64,000 bases of DNA from NCBI GenBank assembly GCA_947627695.1, contig CANQXF010000010.1, positions 19,192 to 83,191 of the forward strand, written 5' to 3'. The notes below the pieces were generated by a model. It had not been told where the DNA came from. It worked only from the letters and a program-made list of their open reading frames with translations, and did no database searches. Position 1 is the stretch's first letter. Every line of letters begins with the position of its first letter. The DNA comes from an uncultured Ruminiclostridium sp. Its GTDB lineage: Bacteria; Bacillota; Clostridia; Oscillospirales; Ruminococcaceae. The position numbers and the translations under genes were made by a program. Shown piece by piece: positions 18,812 through 28,488 of this stretch.

Positions 18812-18848
18812 TAGGAAAAATCCCCTCGTTTACGAGGGGATTTTTTTG
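18812..18848 (+). terminator. Intrinsic terminator after tRNA (near-duplicate at ~18980-19017)
   Basis: AAAAATCCCCTCGT-TT-ACGAGGGGATTTTTTT. Confidence 0.8.
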
Positions 18849-19228
18849 CAAATGGGAAAAGGGCTCAGACTTCGCCTTTGGCTCGTCTTTGCCTCTTTTC
18901 CTTGCACGATTTTTTCTTGAATTGCCCTTAAGGCAATTCATTTTGCTTCGCAAAACCGAAAAAACCGTGGTGTGGCATTAGGAAAAATCCCCTCGTTTCA
19001 CGAGGGGGATTTTTTGCAAATGGGAAAAGGCTTCGTCCGTCGCCTGACGGCTCGTCCTCAGCTCTTTTCATTGCACAGCCCCGTTTGGATTGCCCTAAAG
19101 GCAATCCATTTTGCTTACGCAAAACCACGGGATTGGACACGTTGTGCGGTCAAGTGGGAGGTGCTTGTCGGTCGGTGGCTCGTCCTCGTTTTTTCTTTTT
19201 TGCTTGCTCAAAGCCGAGAGCTAATATT

Positions 19229-19257
19229 AAAAAGCCCCCTCCTGGAGGGGACTTTTT
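19229..19257 (-). terminator. Terminator downstream of rnpB
   Basis: AAAAAGCCCCCTCC-T-GGAGGGGACTTTTT hairpin with A/T tails. Confidence 0.7.
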
Positions 19258-19260
19258 GGT

Positions 19261-19594
19261 GACCTCATCTGTAAGCCGAGTTCTGTCTTGTGCGAACATT
19301 TATCTACCTCCAAGGTCGCCCTTGGAGTCAAGCCGCCTATATGGGAGCACGCCGAGCAGGCGTGTTGTTCTCCGTACCAATCGGCGTTGCATCGGGTAGG
19401 GTTTACATGGCAGCGCAGTCTCCTGCGCTCCGGTGAGCTCTTACCTCGCCTTTCCATCCTTACCGCAAAATTGCGGCGGTATATCTCTGTTGCACTTGCC
19501 CTAAGGTCGCCCTCGGCTGCCGTTAGCAGCTACCCTGCTCTGTGATGCTCGGACTTTCCTCACGGATATCTCCCCGCGTTCGCACGGTGAAGTC
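19261..19594 (-). ncRNA. rnpB: RNase P RNA
   Basis: Minus strand contains GAGGAAAGTCC, AGTGCAACAG and 3' ACAGAACTCGGCTTA; P1 GACTTCA/TGAGGTC; upstream TTGACA-17-TACAAT promoter (19630-19602). Confidence 0.93.
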
Positions 19595-19697
19595 ATTTTG
19601 TATTGTACCACATTTCTTTGCATCTGTCAATTTGCCGCAGCATTTTTCACTTGTCCACCGCTTTGGATTTTTGCTTTTATAATGGGCTTTTTCAACA

Positions 19698-20124
19698 TTT
19701 TCCACTGACTTTTCCACCGATTTGAGGGCGGAATGAGGTAAAAACCCCTGCTTTTCCACACTTTCCACGGGAAAACAGGCGGAAAACCCCGTTTTACATT
19801 CTGTAAAATCACTTTTATCCCGAAAGTATATTTTCCCGAAATTATACTCTCAGGCGACCCTTTTAAAACACCGTTTTATGGGGGCAGAATTTTTTAAGTA
19901 AATTACTCTGCAACAAAACAGGTTTACATTAAAATTTTTTGTCCATACGATTTAGTTGTCACGAGAAAAATGTCGAAAAAAATCGAACAAAAATCAGGTG
20001 GCTGAAATTCCCTATTAAAAAAGGACTTTTTAACATTTTCCACGGAGTTTTCCACCGTTTTTGGCGTGCTTGTCCCGAAAATCACAGGGTTTTCCACGCT
20101 TTTCACCTAAAAAGTTGTGGAAAA
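19698..20124. promoter_or_regulatory. Cluster of DnaA-box-like TTTTCCAC motifs
   Basis: Eight TTTCCAC motifs in two groups; two perfect TTTTCCACA (19752-19760; reverse at 20116-20124). Confidence 0.5.
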
Positions 20125-20198
20125 CCGTATATTTTTCCAACCTGTTCCAATAATACACTGTGTTTAATTTTCATCATTCCGACAAAGGAGAGGGAGAA

Positions 20199-20450
20199 AT
20201 GAAGGGTGTAAACAAGCTGGTGGTGGAGATAAAGGACACCGAAAGTGAGTATTTTGACAGGGCTATCCTGTTTTTAAAGCCGGGAAAGCTGAACGCAGGG
20301 CAGACAAAGCTGAACGACAGTGCAATGCGCCTGCTGAACGAGGTGGGCAGGACGGCGCAGCGCAAAAGCAGAAAAAACATTCTGCTCGTTTGCGGCGCTG
20401 TTGCCGCAGTTATTCTGGCTGTAGCGTTGGGGATAATTTTAAGTCTGTAA
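20199..20450 (+). CDS. Small membrane-anchored hypothetical protein
   Basis: ATG after GGAGAGGGAG; NKLVVEIKDTESEYFDRAILFLKP; C-terminal TM helix. Confidence 0.7.
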   Translation: MKGVNKLVVEIKDTESEYFDRAILFLKPGKLNAGQTKLNDSAMRLLNEVGRTAQRKSRKNILLVCGAVAAVILAVALGIILSL

Positions 20451-20523
20451 GCATGAAAAAACAAAGCGCCTGTCGTTGTAAGCTGACAGGCGCAGTATAT
20501 AGGAAAAACAAATCGGAATCGCA

Positions 20524-22146
20524 TTATTCGGCTGTGAAAAGGTACGCTGTACCGTTTTCGTCTATTTCGTATTCCATATTGGAAAGGGCGGGTATGTCAA
20601 AGAACGGCAGAGCCTCTTCTTCGGAAATTACGGCAACGGCGCCGTCCTTCAGGGCGTAATAAGCAGTTCCGTCCGTGAAGACACCTCCGTCAAGAGGAGC
20701 AAAGGTCACATTGCCCACAGGGCTTTCCACAAGCTGTCCCTCGGGAGTGAGGAAGAGGTAGCTTTCTTCTCCGCTTCCCGCCGTAATGGTCAGCATTGCG
20801 GAGTTGAATGAGGGACTTACCGTCCAGCGCACAGCACCGTCAAGAACGGTCAGGTCTGCGGTGGAGCCGTCGGCGGTGTTCACTGAGAATATCCTTGCAG
20901 TCTCGCCCTCGCTGTCGGTAACGGCATTGTATATAACGCCGTTTATGTAGGCTATGGGGGAAACGGGAGTGGTATATTCTCCCGTAAGCGTTATTGCAAG
21001 AGCGTCTGCGCCACGCTTTACAAGGTAAATGCGGGTCTTTTCCAGAGTGACGGTTCTGATGATAAGGTCGTTTTCTGCTCCCACGCCGACAAACGCTATC
21101 TCTGCGCCGTCAGCGGTAATGCCGCTTATATCAAGCTCGGTGAGCGTTCCCGCTATACCGTCCGCACAGTACAGCCTGTTGCGGCGGTTTCCGTCGCAGG
21201 CTGTGATGTACAGCCTTGAGTTGTACGCGATTATCTTTGCGTTGGAGGCGTAGAACGTGGTTTCGTTTATCAAAGCGCCGTTTTCAAGACGGAACAGCCG
21301 TATGCTGTCGTCTGTTGTTACCACAATGCGGTCGCCGCTTATGACGTTCACCGTCTTTACTCCGCTGACGGGAATAAGGATATTTCCGTTTTCTTCGGGA
21401 GTTGAAGCGGAGACCTCAGTGGTAACGGAGGGCGTTGTGTTTTCCGTTTCCGAAGTGGTCGTCTCCTGAGAGGAGGACTGGGAAGAAAATGTGCCTGAGG
21501 GGAAGGTGTATATATTGTCCGTCACAGGGTCGTTTTGTGAGGTGACGGTCATGGAGTTTTCAAAAGGAATAAAGCTGTCGTCGGTAGTTCCGCCTTCCGC
21601 AAGCTCCAGCAGAATTACTGCTCTGTGGAACCTTATGTCCCTGCAAAGGGAAACGGGAGAGGATATCTTTGCACCCGTGTATATCCTGTCGTTTAACGGT
21701 GCGGCGTATGGCGCAGTTTTCGTTCCGTCCTGGGAATACAGCAGGCGCAGATTTATGTCGCCGTACTGGTCAACGGCGGAGAAAAGCAGCATTATCTCAT
21801 TTTTGGACATTGCGCTTTCAAAGGAAACGTACATATCCATACGCTCGTCCTTGATGTGAGCGACGGCGTTTATGCCGCTTTCAGCCGCCTGAACACGCTG
21901 GGCGGCAGCTTCGGGACTGAGAGTCCCCGTATATGTGAGATCCATTCCCGGGTCGTGGTTTCCAAACAGGTTGAAGGAAGCCACCGTGACAGCAACTGCC
22001 GCCGCAGCGGCGGTACAGCCTGCGGCAATACGTATCACCGCGGTATTTCTGCGTCTGAGCTTGCGGCGCTTTGCGTTGTATTTGATCTTTTCGGTGTCCA
22101 CAGTGTAGGTGGACATAAGCTCTTTGTAGAAATCGTATTTGTTCAC
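20524..22146 (-). CDS. Putative anti-sigma factor with large extracytoplasmic beta-rich domain
   Basis: 540 aa; short basic N-terminus, single Ala-rich TM, Ser/Thr linker; directly downstream of ECF sigma. Confidence 0.6.
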   Translation of the reverse strand: MNKYDFYKELMSTYTVDTEKIKYNAKRRKLRRRNTAVIRIAAGCTAAAAAVAVTVASFNLFGNHDPGMDLTYTGTLSPEAAAQRVQAAESGINAVAHIKDERMDMYVSFESAMSKNEIMLLFSAVDQYGDINLRLLYSQDGTKTAPYAAPLNDRIYTGAKISSPVSLCRDIRFHRAVILLELAEGGTTDDSFIPFENSMTVTSQNDPVTDNIYTFPSGTFSSQSSSQETTTSETENTTPSVTTEVSASTPEENGNILIPVSGVKTVNVISGDRIVVTTDDSIRLFRLENGALINETTFYASNAKIIAYNSRLYITACDGNRRNRLYCADGIAGTLTELDISGITADGAEIAFVGVGAENDLIIRTVTLEKTRIYLVKRGADALAITLTGEYTTPVSPIAYINGVIYNAVTDSEGETARIFSVNTADGSTADLTVLDGAVRWTVSPSFNSAMLTITAGSGEESYLFLTPEGQLVESPVGNVTFAPLDGGVFTDGTAYYALKDGAVAVISEEEALPFFDIPALSNMEYEIDENGTAYLFTAE

Positions 22147-22161
22147 GCTGTTCCCTCCTTC

Positions 22162-22722
22162 CTATAATCCGAATTTTTTCTTCTGACGTTCAATGGTGCG
22201 GTACAGCTTGTTCTTCACGGCGGAAAGGGTCATTCCCATTTCCTTTGCTATATCGCTCAGCTTCATATCGCAGACGAAGTAAAGGTAGAATATCTTTCCC
22301 ACCGTTTCGTCCGTCCCCGCAATATCCTCAAATATCTGGCGGGCGAGAAGCTCGTCGCACAAAACGTCCTCAAGATTTTTCTGGTGACGGGACATTTCGT
22401 TTTCCACCATCACCATCTGCTCGTCGGAATATTCCGAAAAGCTTTCGGAAACGCTCTGCTTTTTCAGCGAGCCGAAATAATTCTTGCACTCGAATTTTGC
22501 TATGCTTATAAGAAACGCCTCGGGATTTTCTATATCGTCGTATCCTTTTTTGGAAATACGCTGGAAAAAGCGGGCGTAAATGTTCTGCAAAACGTCCTCA
22601 GCGTCAAGTATGCTTCCGCATTTGCTGATGACAAAACGGGTAATTGAGCTTATGGTCTCGTCGTATACCCGATTGAAATAACTTTCAGTGGAGCTGTCTG
22701 CGGACGGACGCAATGATGTCAC
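22162..22722 (-). CDS. ECF RNA polymerase sigma factor
   Basis: 186 aa; DAEDVLQNIY, FLISIAKFECKNY (region 2), IAKEMGMTLSAVKNKLYR (region 4). Confidence 0.85.
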   Translation of the reverse strand: MTSLRPSADSSTESYFNRVYDETISSITRFVISKCGSILDAEDVLQNIYARFFQRISKKGYDDIENPEAFLISIAKFECKNYFGSLKKQSVSESFSEYSDEQMVMVENEMSRHQKNLEDVLCDELLARQIFEDIAGTDETVGKIFYLYFVCDMKLSDIAKEMGMTLSAVKNKLYRTIERQKKKFGL

Positions 22723-22883
22723 CTCGCTTTCCGCCTTACACTATGTAGTAATCGTTTTTTGACAAAAAGTTTCAACAAAATTATTACTCCGACAGGTTAC
22801 AAATTGAATAAGTTTCACATAAATGCCAAGAATGAAGCTGACAGCTTACTTAAGCTGTAACTATCTTACATCGGAGAAATAAA

Positions 22884-23534
22884 ATGAAATTACTTACAAA
22901 AGAAAAAATACTTACGATCTCAATGCTTTTCGGTGCGGCTGTGGCGATACTTTTCGGCGGGTTCGGGGAATTTGCCAGCCAGTGTGAGGAAATGCCGCAG
23001 AAGCTGTTCCGCCTGCACATTCCCGCCAACTCCGACAGCGTTGAGGACCAGAAGCTGAAATACGACCTGCGGGACTATATCCTTGAGTATATGCAGGACG
23101 TTTTCGCAGGCTGTTCCACCGCAGAGGAGGCAAAGGAAGCGGCAAAGGCAAATCTTCCCCGGATAGCCCGGAAAGCGCAGGAATTTGTAGATTCACAGGG
23201 AGTAGATGAGACCGTCTCCGTTTCGGTGGAAAATATGTATTTCACCACCCGCCGATACGGGAGCTACGTCGTTCCCGCAGGGAATTATGATGCGCTTCGC
23301 ATAGTCGTCGGCGAGGGGCAGGGGAGAAACTGGTGGTGCGTGATGTTCCCGCCGCTGTGCCTCGGTGCGGTGGAGGAGGACGTGGAGCTTGATCAGGATA
23401 TGTTTTTGTGCAGATCCGCCCTGCGCCAGACTGAAAGCGGCAGGCTCAGCTTTGCCGCGTCACGGCGTGTTGAAAGCGACCAGCCTGTTCAGATACGTTT
23501 CAAGCTGTTCCAGTGGCTTGAGGAGTGCTTTTGA
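22884..23534 (+). CDS. spoIIR: Stage II sporulation protein R
   Basis: LFRLHIPANSDSVEDQKLK, PAGNYDALRIVVGEGQGRNWWCVMFPPLC. Confidence 0.92.
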   Translation: MKLLTKEKILTISMLFGAAVAILFGGFGEFASQCEEMPQKLFRLHIPANSDSVEDQKLKYDLRDYILEYMQDVFAGCSTAEEAKEAAKANLPRIARKAQEFVDSQGVDETVSVSVENMYFTTRRYGSYVVPAGNYDALRIVVGEGQGRNWWCVMFPPLCLGAVEEDVELDQDMFLCRSALRQTESGRLSFAASRRVESDQPVQIRFKLFQWLEECF

Positions 23535-23535
23535 T

Positions 23536-24645
23536 TTATTCGTAAATATAAAGTCTGCACTTCAGCATACCGTTGTACAGCTTGCGCTCTTTTTTCGGCT
23601 TTTCCCCGAAAAGGGCGGGGAAGTTTTCGTTTGAGGTTATCACGTAAAGCCTGTTGTCGCCAAGTGGGAGCATGCGCTCTCCCATAGTCCTGTATATGTC
23701 CTCCGCCTGCTCCTCTGTGAGCAGGCGCTTTGCGTAAGGCGGGTTGGTTATCACCTTGCAGGGAATGATGGGAAAGTGAAAATCCGCTATCTCCCTTTGC
23801 CGTACCTTTATATATTTATCCACTCCCGCCTTGCGGGCGTTTTCCATTGTCAGCCTGACTGCGGCGGGGTCCTTGTCAAAGCCGTAAAGGGTCACGTCCT
23901 CCTGCTTTATCTGTTCCTTTGCGGCAAGGCGTTCCTTTTCCCAGATATTTTTGTCAAAGCAGTCCCACTTTTCGGCAGCAAAGCTCCTGTTCATATTGGG
24001 AGCAATGTTCAGCATTTTCAGCGCGGCTTCTATTAAAATCGTTCCGCTGCCGCAGAACGGGTCGCAGATATTGTCAAAGCTCCTGACGTGAGCAAGGTCT
24101 ATCATTCCCGCCGCAAGCGTTTCCCTTATAGGAGCCTCCAGCGAGGCGGCACGGTAGCCCCGCTTGTGCAGGCTGTCGCCGCTGGTGTCCAGCGTGAGCA
24201 GGCAGAAATCCTTCTGCAAAAGGAAATGCACGGGAAAGACCTGTCCCGTTTCTGTGGGGCGCTGTACCTTATAGGCTTTCCCCATTCTTACGGCGAGAGC
24301 CTTTTTTATCGTCCGCTGGACGGCGGGGATACTGGTGAGCTTTGAATTTACCGAATGTCCCCCCACAACGGGAAAGGCGTCGTCCCGTCCCGCAAACTGC
24401 TCGATAGGCGACGCCAATGCTCCTTCAAAAAGCGTATCAAAGTCGGGCGAGGAAAACTCGCCCAAAACTATACCAACTCTTTCGGCGCAGGAGGAGGTCA
24501 GGTTTACCCTTGCCATTGTTTCCTCACTGCCGTCGAAAAAGACCTTTCCGTCCCTGACGGCGAGGTTCTCGCCGCCTGCCCGCCTTATCTCAAAGGCGAG
24601 GGTTTTTTCCAGCCCGAAAAGACACGGGCAGACAAGTCTCAGCAT
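23536..24645 (-). CDS. THUMP-domain class I SAM-dependent rRNA methyltransferase (RlmL/YpsC-like)
   Basis: ATG at 24645 after GGGGG; DTSGDSLHKRGYR, APIRETLAA, DPFCGSGTILIEAA, ITNPPY. Confidence 0.88.
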   Translation of the reverse strand: MLRLVCPCLFGLEKTLAFEIRRAGGENLAVRDGKVFFDGSEETMARVNLTSSCAERVGIVLGEFSSPDFDTLFEGALASPIEQFAGRDDAFPVVGGHSVNSKLTSIPAVQRTIKKALAVRMGKAYKVQRPTETGQVFPVHFLLQKDFCLLTLDTSGDSLHKRGYRAASLEAPIRETLAAGMIDLAHVRSFDNICDPFCGSGTILIEAALKMLNIAPNMNRSFAAEKWDCFDKNIWEKERLAAKEQIKQEDVTLYGFDKDPAAVRLTMENARKAGVDKYIKVRQREIADFHFPIIPCKVITNPPYAKRLLTEEQAEDIYRTMGERMLPLGDNRLYVITSNENFPALFGEKPKKERKLYNGMLKCRLYIYE

Positions 24646-24659
24646 AAATCCCCCCAAAA

Positions 24660-27092
24660 TCAACCGTAGAACGGTATTTCCTTGTCCCCGTGAGTGGACC
24701 AGTACAGACCGTCGTGCTTTGAGTCGCACGCCTGGGGCATACAGCTCTTGCGGTAGTAGCCTATCTCCGTGGAGGGACAGTCGTCGGTGGCTATCAGTCC
24801 CGAATTGGTGCAGTAAGGCATTTCCACTACCCCTGCGTCGGGAGTGAATTTCTGAGGCGGCTCGTCCTCAACTATGGGCTTCATCACCCTGCTCCAGGCT
24901 AATGCGATAATGTCCCAGCCTGCGCCGCCCTGAGGTATCTCCTTGTGGTTATCTCTTGCGATGCGGTAGCAGGCCACGTATCTGGGTGTAAGTCCCACGA
25001 AAGAATAGGTGGACAGGTCGTTTGCGGTACCCGTCTTTCCTATTACCTCAATGTCCCCTAAATCTGCATAGCGGCCCGAACCGCCCGTATCATCAGCAAC
25101 TACCTTTCTCATCATACGGTTGACTATCCATGCGGTGTCAGAGGAAATGACCCTTTCACCCACAAGGTTCTGCGCCAGCACTATCCTGCCGTCGCTGTCC
25201 ACCACCTTGGAGTAAAGGTACGGCTCGTAGTAAAGCCCTCCGTTGCCCATCATAGAATATGCGGCGGCAAGAGACATCAGCGTAACGCCGTGAGTTATGG
25301 TACCCTGTCCCAGAGGAGAGTAGGCAAGGTCATTAACAGGGTCAAGGTCAAAGTGGAGCTTTTGTGAAAGCTGGTCGTAAGCCGCCTGAAGTCCCACCTT
25401 GCTCAGGACGTAAACGGCGATGGTGTTCTTTGATTTCTGCACGGCGTACCATGCGGGCCAGTAAAGTCCTGAACCGAAGTCGGATTCCTGGAAGTTGTGA
25501 GGCCAGCGATAGGTGTTGTCCGTGGGGTCGTAGCCTGGTTGTCCCGTAACGTCGATACCCATTGCGTCGGCGGGTACCTTGCCCGAAATATCCTTTAACT
25601 CGGTGGAATAGGTGATAAGGTTTTTCTCTATCGCAAGGGAATATACCGCCAGCGGCTTTACGGTAGAGCCTATCATCTGAGGGTCCTGAGTCGCACGGTT
25701 AAAGCAGCTGTTGCCCTCCTTCTCTCCTATTCCTCCCGCAAGGGCAAGGACACTGCCGTTGTAGTTCATTATAACGAATGCGCCTTGTATAAGGTTTTTG
25801 GGGTCGGTCTCGTTCTCGTTGTAATACTGGAGGAAGTTGTACGGGTTGCGGAAAGCCTCCTCCACCTGATTTTGCATTTCAATATCCATATTCAGGTAAG
25901 CGGTGTAGCCGCCCTGATAAAACAGCGTTCTCGCCTCGTCGTAATCTATCCCGCGAAGCTCCGCCATATCGCCGATTATCTGTTCGATAGCGGCGTCCAC
26001 GTACCAGTTCTGGGTCACCTCGTAGTCGCCGTTCCATTTGTAGGGAACGTAGGCTTTTTCCTCCTCGCCCAGCTCCTCCCAGGAGACGTTCTCGTAATAC
26101 AGGTCGTCGTCGGCGTTTTCGTCCTGTATACCGTAGTATTCGTTGTAACGCTCGTCAATATAGCCGTAAGCGTCGCCGTAAACGGGGCGGGCAAAATGCA
26201 CCTGCTCCTTTACTGCGTCCTCATATTCCTGAGTGGTGATAAAGCCTTGTGCGTACATTGCGTCCAGCACGTTTATCTGCTGTTCCTTGCTCTTTTGAAG
26301 GTCGGCGTATGGGTTGATAGCGGAGGGGGATTTTACTATCCCCGCTAAAATTGCGCTTTCGGCGATAGTAAGGTCGGAGGGCTTTTTCCCGAAATACTGC
26401 ATCGACGCAGAGTATATCCCGTAGGAAGTACCGCCAAAGCCTATTCGGTTGAGATAGCTTTCCATAATGTCGGACTTGGTGTACTTGTCCTCCAGAGTAA
26501 GGGCTCTGAATATCTCTCTCAGCTTTCTTCCTATGGTTATATCCTTGTCCTTGGTTATATCTCTAACAAGCTGCATGGTGATAGTGGAGCCGCCGTCGGT
26601 GCCGCCCTCGGCGAACATTCCGTAAGTTACCGCAACGATACGCTTCCAGTCAACGCCGTCGTGCTCGTAAAATCTTGCGTCCTCACGGGCGATAAAGGCG
26701 TTTATGGTGTAGGGCTGAAGCTCCTCTATGTCAATAAGCACGCGGTTGCTGTCGGAGCTCAGCTGCTTTATCATCTGCTCGTTGCCGTCAGCGTCGTAGG
26801 CGTAGATGAAAGAGGAGGTGTTAAGCTCGGCGTCCTCAAGGTCTATCTCAAAATCCTCGTCCGCAAAGCGGGAAATGTACATGGCAAGTCCCACCACAAC
26901 GACGCAGAACGCCACTACCACTATCAGCATCATAATGGAAACGGTAGCGCCGATAACGCCCAGACTCTTTCCTATCATCTGGGGAACGGTGAGCCTTTCA
27001 GGCTCAAGCAGGGACTGAGGCTTGCGCCTTGCGTTATGCTGTTTTGCCGAAGTTACGTATTTTATTTTTTTATCGTTTTTGTTACTGCTCAT
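24660..27092 (-). CDS. Class A penicillin-binding protein (transglycosylase/transpeptidase)
   Basis: 810 aa; EDARFYEH, GGSTITMQLVR, RKLREI, GSTVKP (SxxK), SKN, KTGT. Confidence 0.9.
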   Translation of the reverse strand: MSSNKNDKKIKYVTSAKQHNARRKPQSLLEPERLTVPQMIGKSLGVIGATVSIMMLIVVVAFCVVVVGLAMYISRFADEDFEIDLEDAELNTSSFIYAYDADGNEQMIKQLSSDSNRVLIDIEELQPYTINAFIAREDARFYEHDGVDWKRIVAVTYGMFAEGGTDGGSTITMQLVRDITKDKDITIGRKLREIFRALTLEDKYTKSDIMESYLNRIGFGGTSYGIYSASMQYFGKKPSDLTIAESAILAGIVKSPSAINPYADLQKSKEQQINVLDAMYAQGFITTQEYEDAVKEQVHFARPVYGDAYGYIDERYNEYYGIQDENADDDLYYENVSWEELGEEEKAYVPYKWNGDYEVTQNWYVDAAIEQIIGDMAELRGIDYDEARTLFYQGGYTAYLNMDIEMQNQVEEAFRNPYNFLQYYNENETDPKNLIQGAFVIMNYNGSVLALAGGIGEKEGNSCFNRATQDPQMIGSTVKPLAVYSLAIEKNLITYSTELKDISGKVPADAMGIDVTGQPGYDPTDNTYRWPHNFQESDFGSGLYWPAWYAVQKSKNTIAVYVLSKVGLQAAYDQLSQKLHFDLDPVNDLAYSPLGQGTITHGVTLMSLAAAYSMMGNGGLYYEPYLYSKVVDSDGRIVLAQNLVGERVISSDTAWIVNRMMRKVVADDTGGSGRYADLGDIEVIGKTGTANDLSTYSFVGLTPRYVACYRIARDNHKEIPQGGAGWDIIALAWSRVMKPIVEDEPPQKFTPDAGVVEMPYCTNSGLIATDDCPSTEIGYYRKSCMPQACDSKHDGLYWSTHGDKEIPFYG

Positions 27093-27232
27093 ATTTTTTC
27101 ACCTGAAGTTATTCACAGACCCGAAAGGGCATAGTTTCATATCATACATTGCTATTATACCACAAAGAAAGGCAAATGTTAAGCCTTTTTTCAATAATTT
27201 CACACAATTTACTCAAAATTGACCGTTTCAGA

Positions 27233-27261
27233 TTGACAAAATATAAATATAATAGTATAAT
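27233..27261 (+). promoter_or_regulatory. Sigma-A promoter
   Basis: TTGACA-17 bp-TATAAT perfect consensus. Confidence 0.8.
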
Positions 27262-27296
27262 TTGCCTAAAAGAATATTAAATCGGAGGAATTCCTT

Positions 27297-28091
27297 ATGA
27301 ATTATCAATACGGCGGTCAGCCGCCTGTAAATGTTTCTGAAATGAACGCAAAGAAAAAAGCCGCTTTTGAAGCGATGGCGGACAAAATGGCGGCGTTTTT
27401 CGCAACACATAATTTTCTGGCGGCGATAGCCCGCTATTCCGACCTGATATGCTATATCGTGGTGGGCGTGGGAGCACTGCTTTCCATATTGGGAATGGGT
27501 CTTGGCGCCGCTATTCCGATAGCGGCGCTGACGTTTGGTGTTATTGCCGTATCCAAAAGGAAACTGCTGCCCTTGTCTATTGCGCTTTCATACGTCACGC
27601 TGTTTTCGTTTATCGCTCTTATTTCGTCCTTCGTTCACTTTATGTCGTTGGCTATATCGCACTGGCTGACCTTTTCGGGGGCTATGACCAATATGCTGAG
27701 TATTCTTATGCAGCTTGTAGATATTGCCGTGCTTTGCGTTGCCACGATACTCAGCTGGATATATTTTGCGGCGGCTCGGCCTCCTAAAGCAAATTATGTG
27801 AATAACGCACAGCAGACCGTTCAGCCTGTACAGCAAAACGTTCAGCAGGCTGCACCTGTTCAGCCCGCACCCGCGCCTGTACAACAGCCCGCACCTCAAT
27901 CTGCGCCTGTTCAGCAGCCTGCACCTGCACAACAACCTGCCCCTGCTCCTACCCCCACACCTGCCCCTGCCCCCGCACCTCAACCCGCACCCATTCCCGC
28001 CCCTGCGGCAGAGAAAGTCTGCGCTAACTGCGGCACGGTGAATAAGCCCGACTCTCTGTTCTGCAAAGGCTGCGGCAATAAGCTGTCGTAA
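27297..28091 (+). CDS. Membrane protein with Pro/Gln/Ala-rich linker and C-terminal zinc ribbon
   Basis: 264 aa; 4 TM segments, QPAP repeats, CANCG...FCKGCG. Confidence 0.75.
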   Translation: MNYQYGGQPPVNVSEMNAKKKAAFEAMADKMAAFFATHNFLAAIARYSDLICYIVVGVGALLSILGMGLGAAIPIAALTFGVIAVSKRKLLPLSIALSYVTLFSFIALISSFVHFMSLAISHWLTFSGAMTNMLSILMQLVDIAVLCVATILSWIYFAAARPPKANYVNNAQQTVQPVQQNVQQAAPVQPAPAPVQQPAPQSAPVQQPAPAQQPAPAPTPTPAPAPAPQPAPIPAPAAEKVCANCGTVNKPDSLFCKGCGNKLS

Positions 28092-28166
28092 GCGCTTTGT
28101 TCCTTATATGTATTGCCGTCGGAGTTTTACCGGCAATAAACGTCGCAAATCTGGGAATAATTTAAC

Positions 28167-28202
28167 AAAAAAATCCCTTCGGCTGACCGAAGGGATTTTT
28201 TT
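28167..28202. terminator. Bidirectional terminator
   Basis: AAAAAAATCCCTTCGG-CTGA-CCGAAGGGATTTTTT. Confidence 0.8.
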
Positions 28203-28488
28203 ATTTTACAACGAATATCATAACCGCCGCCAGTGCAAGGTGCAGTAATATTATCAGCGGAAAGCCGACGGAAAACTTCGGCTTTTTTGTTTTGTGGCGG
28301 ATAAGCTGCATTGTGATATACATCGGTATCGCTCCGCCAAGCACGCCGAACATAACCAGTACCGCCTCGGGCACTCGGTGTCGGGGGAGCTTTTTTGCGG
28401 CGATTTTGTCGTAAATTGTCAAAATAACGCCGATAATCCCGAAAACCGCAAGGCACAACAGCAAAGCGGCAAGTATATTTTCCCTCAT
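28201..28488 (-). CDS. DUF1294 family small membrane protein
   Basis: YDKIAAKK...HRVPEAVL...GGAIPMY...RHKTKKPKF. Confidence 0.8.
   Translation of the reverse strand: MRENILAALLLCLAVFGIIGVILTIYDKIAAKKLPRHRVPEAVLVMFGVLGGAIPMYITMQLIRHKTKKPKFSVGFPLIILLHLALAAVMIFVVK

Noticed and set aside
19600-20160. Chromosomal oriC
   Set aside because: No dnaA/dnaN/rpmH context and most boxes are imperfect; kept only as a box cluster
27780-28010. Tandem DNA repeat as a separate element
   Set aside because: It is the coding sequence of the QPAP-rich linker within a CDS
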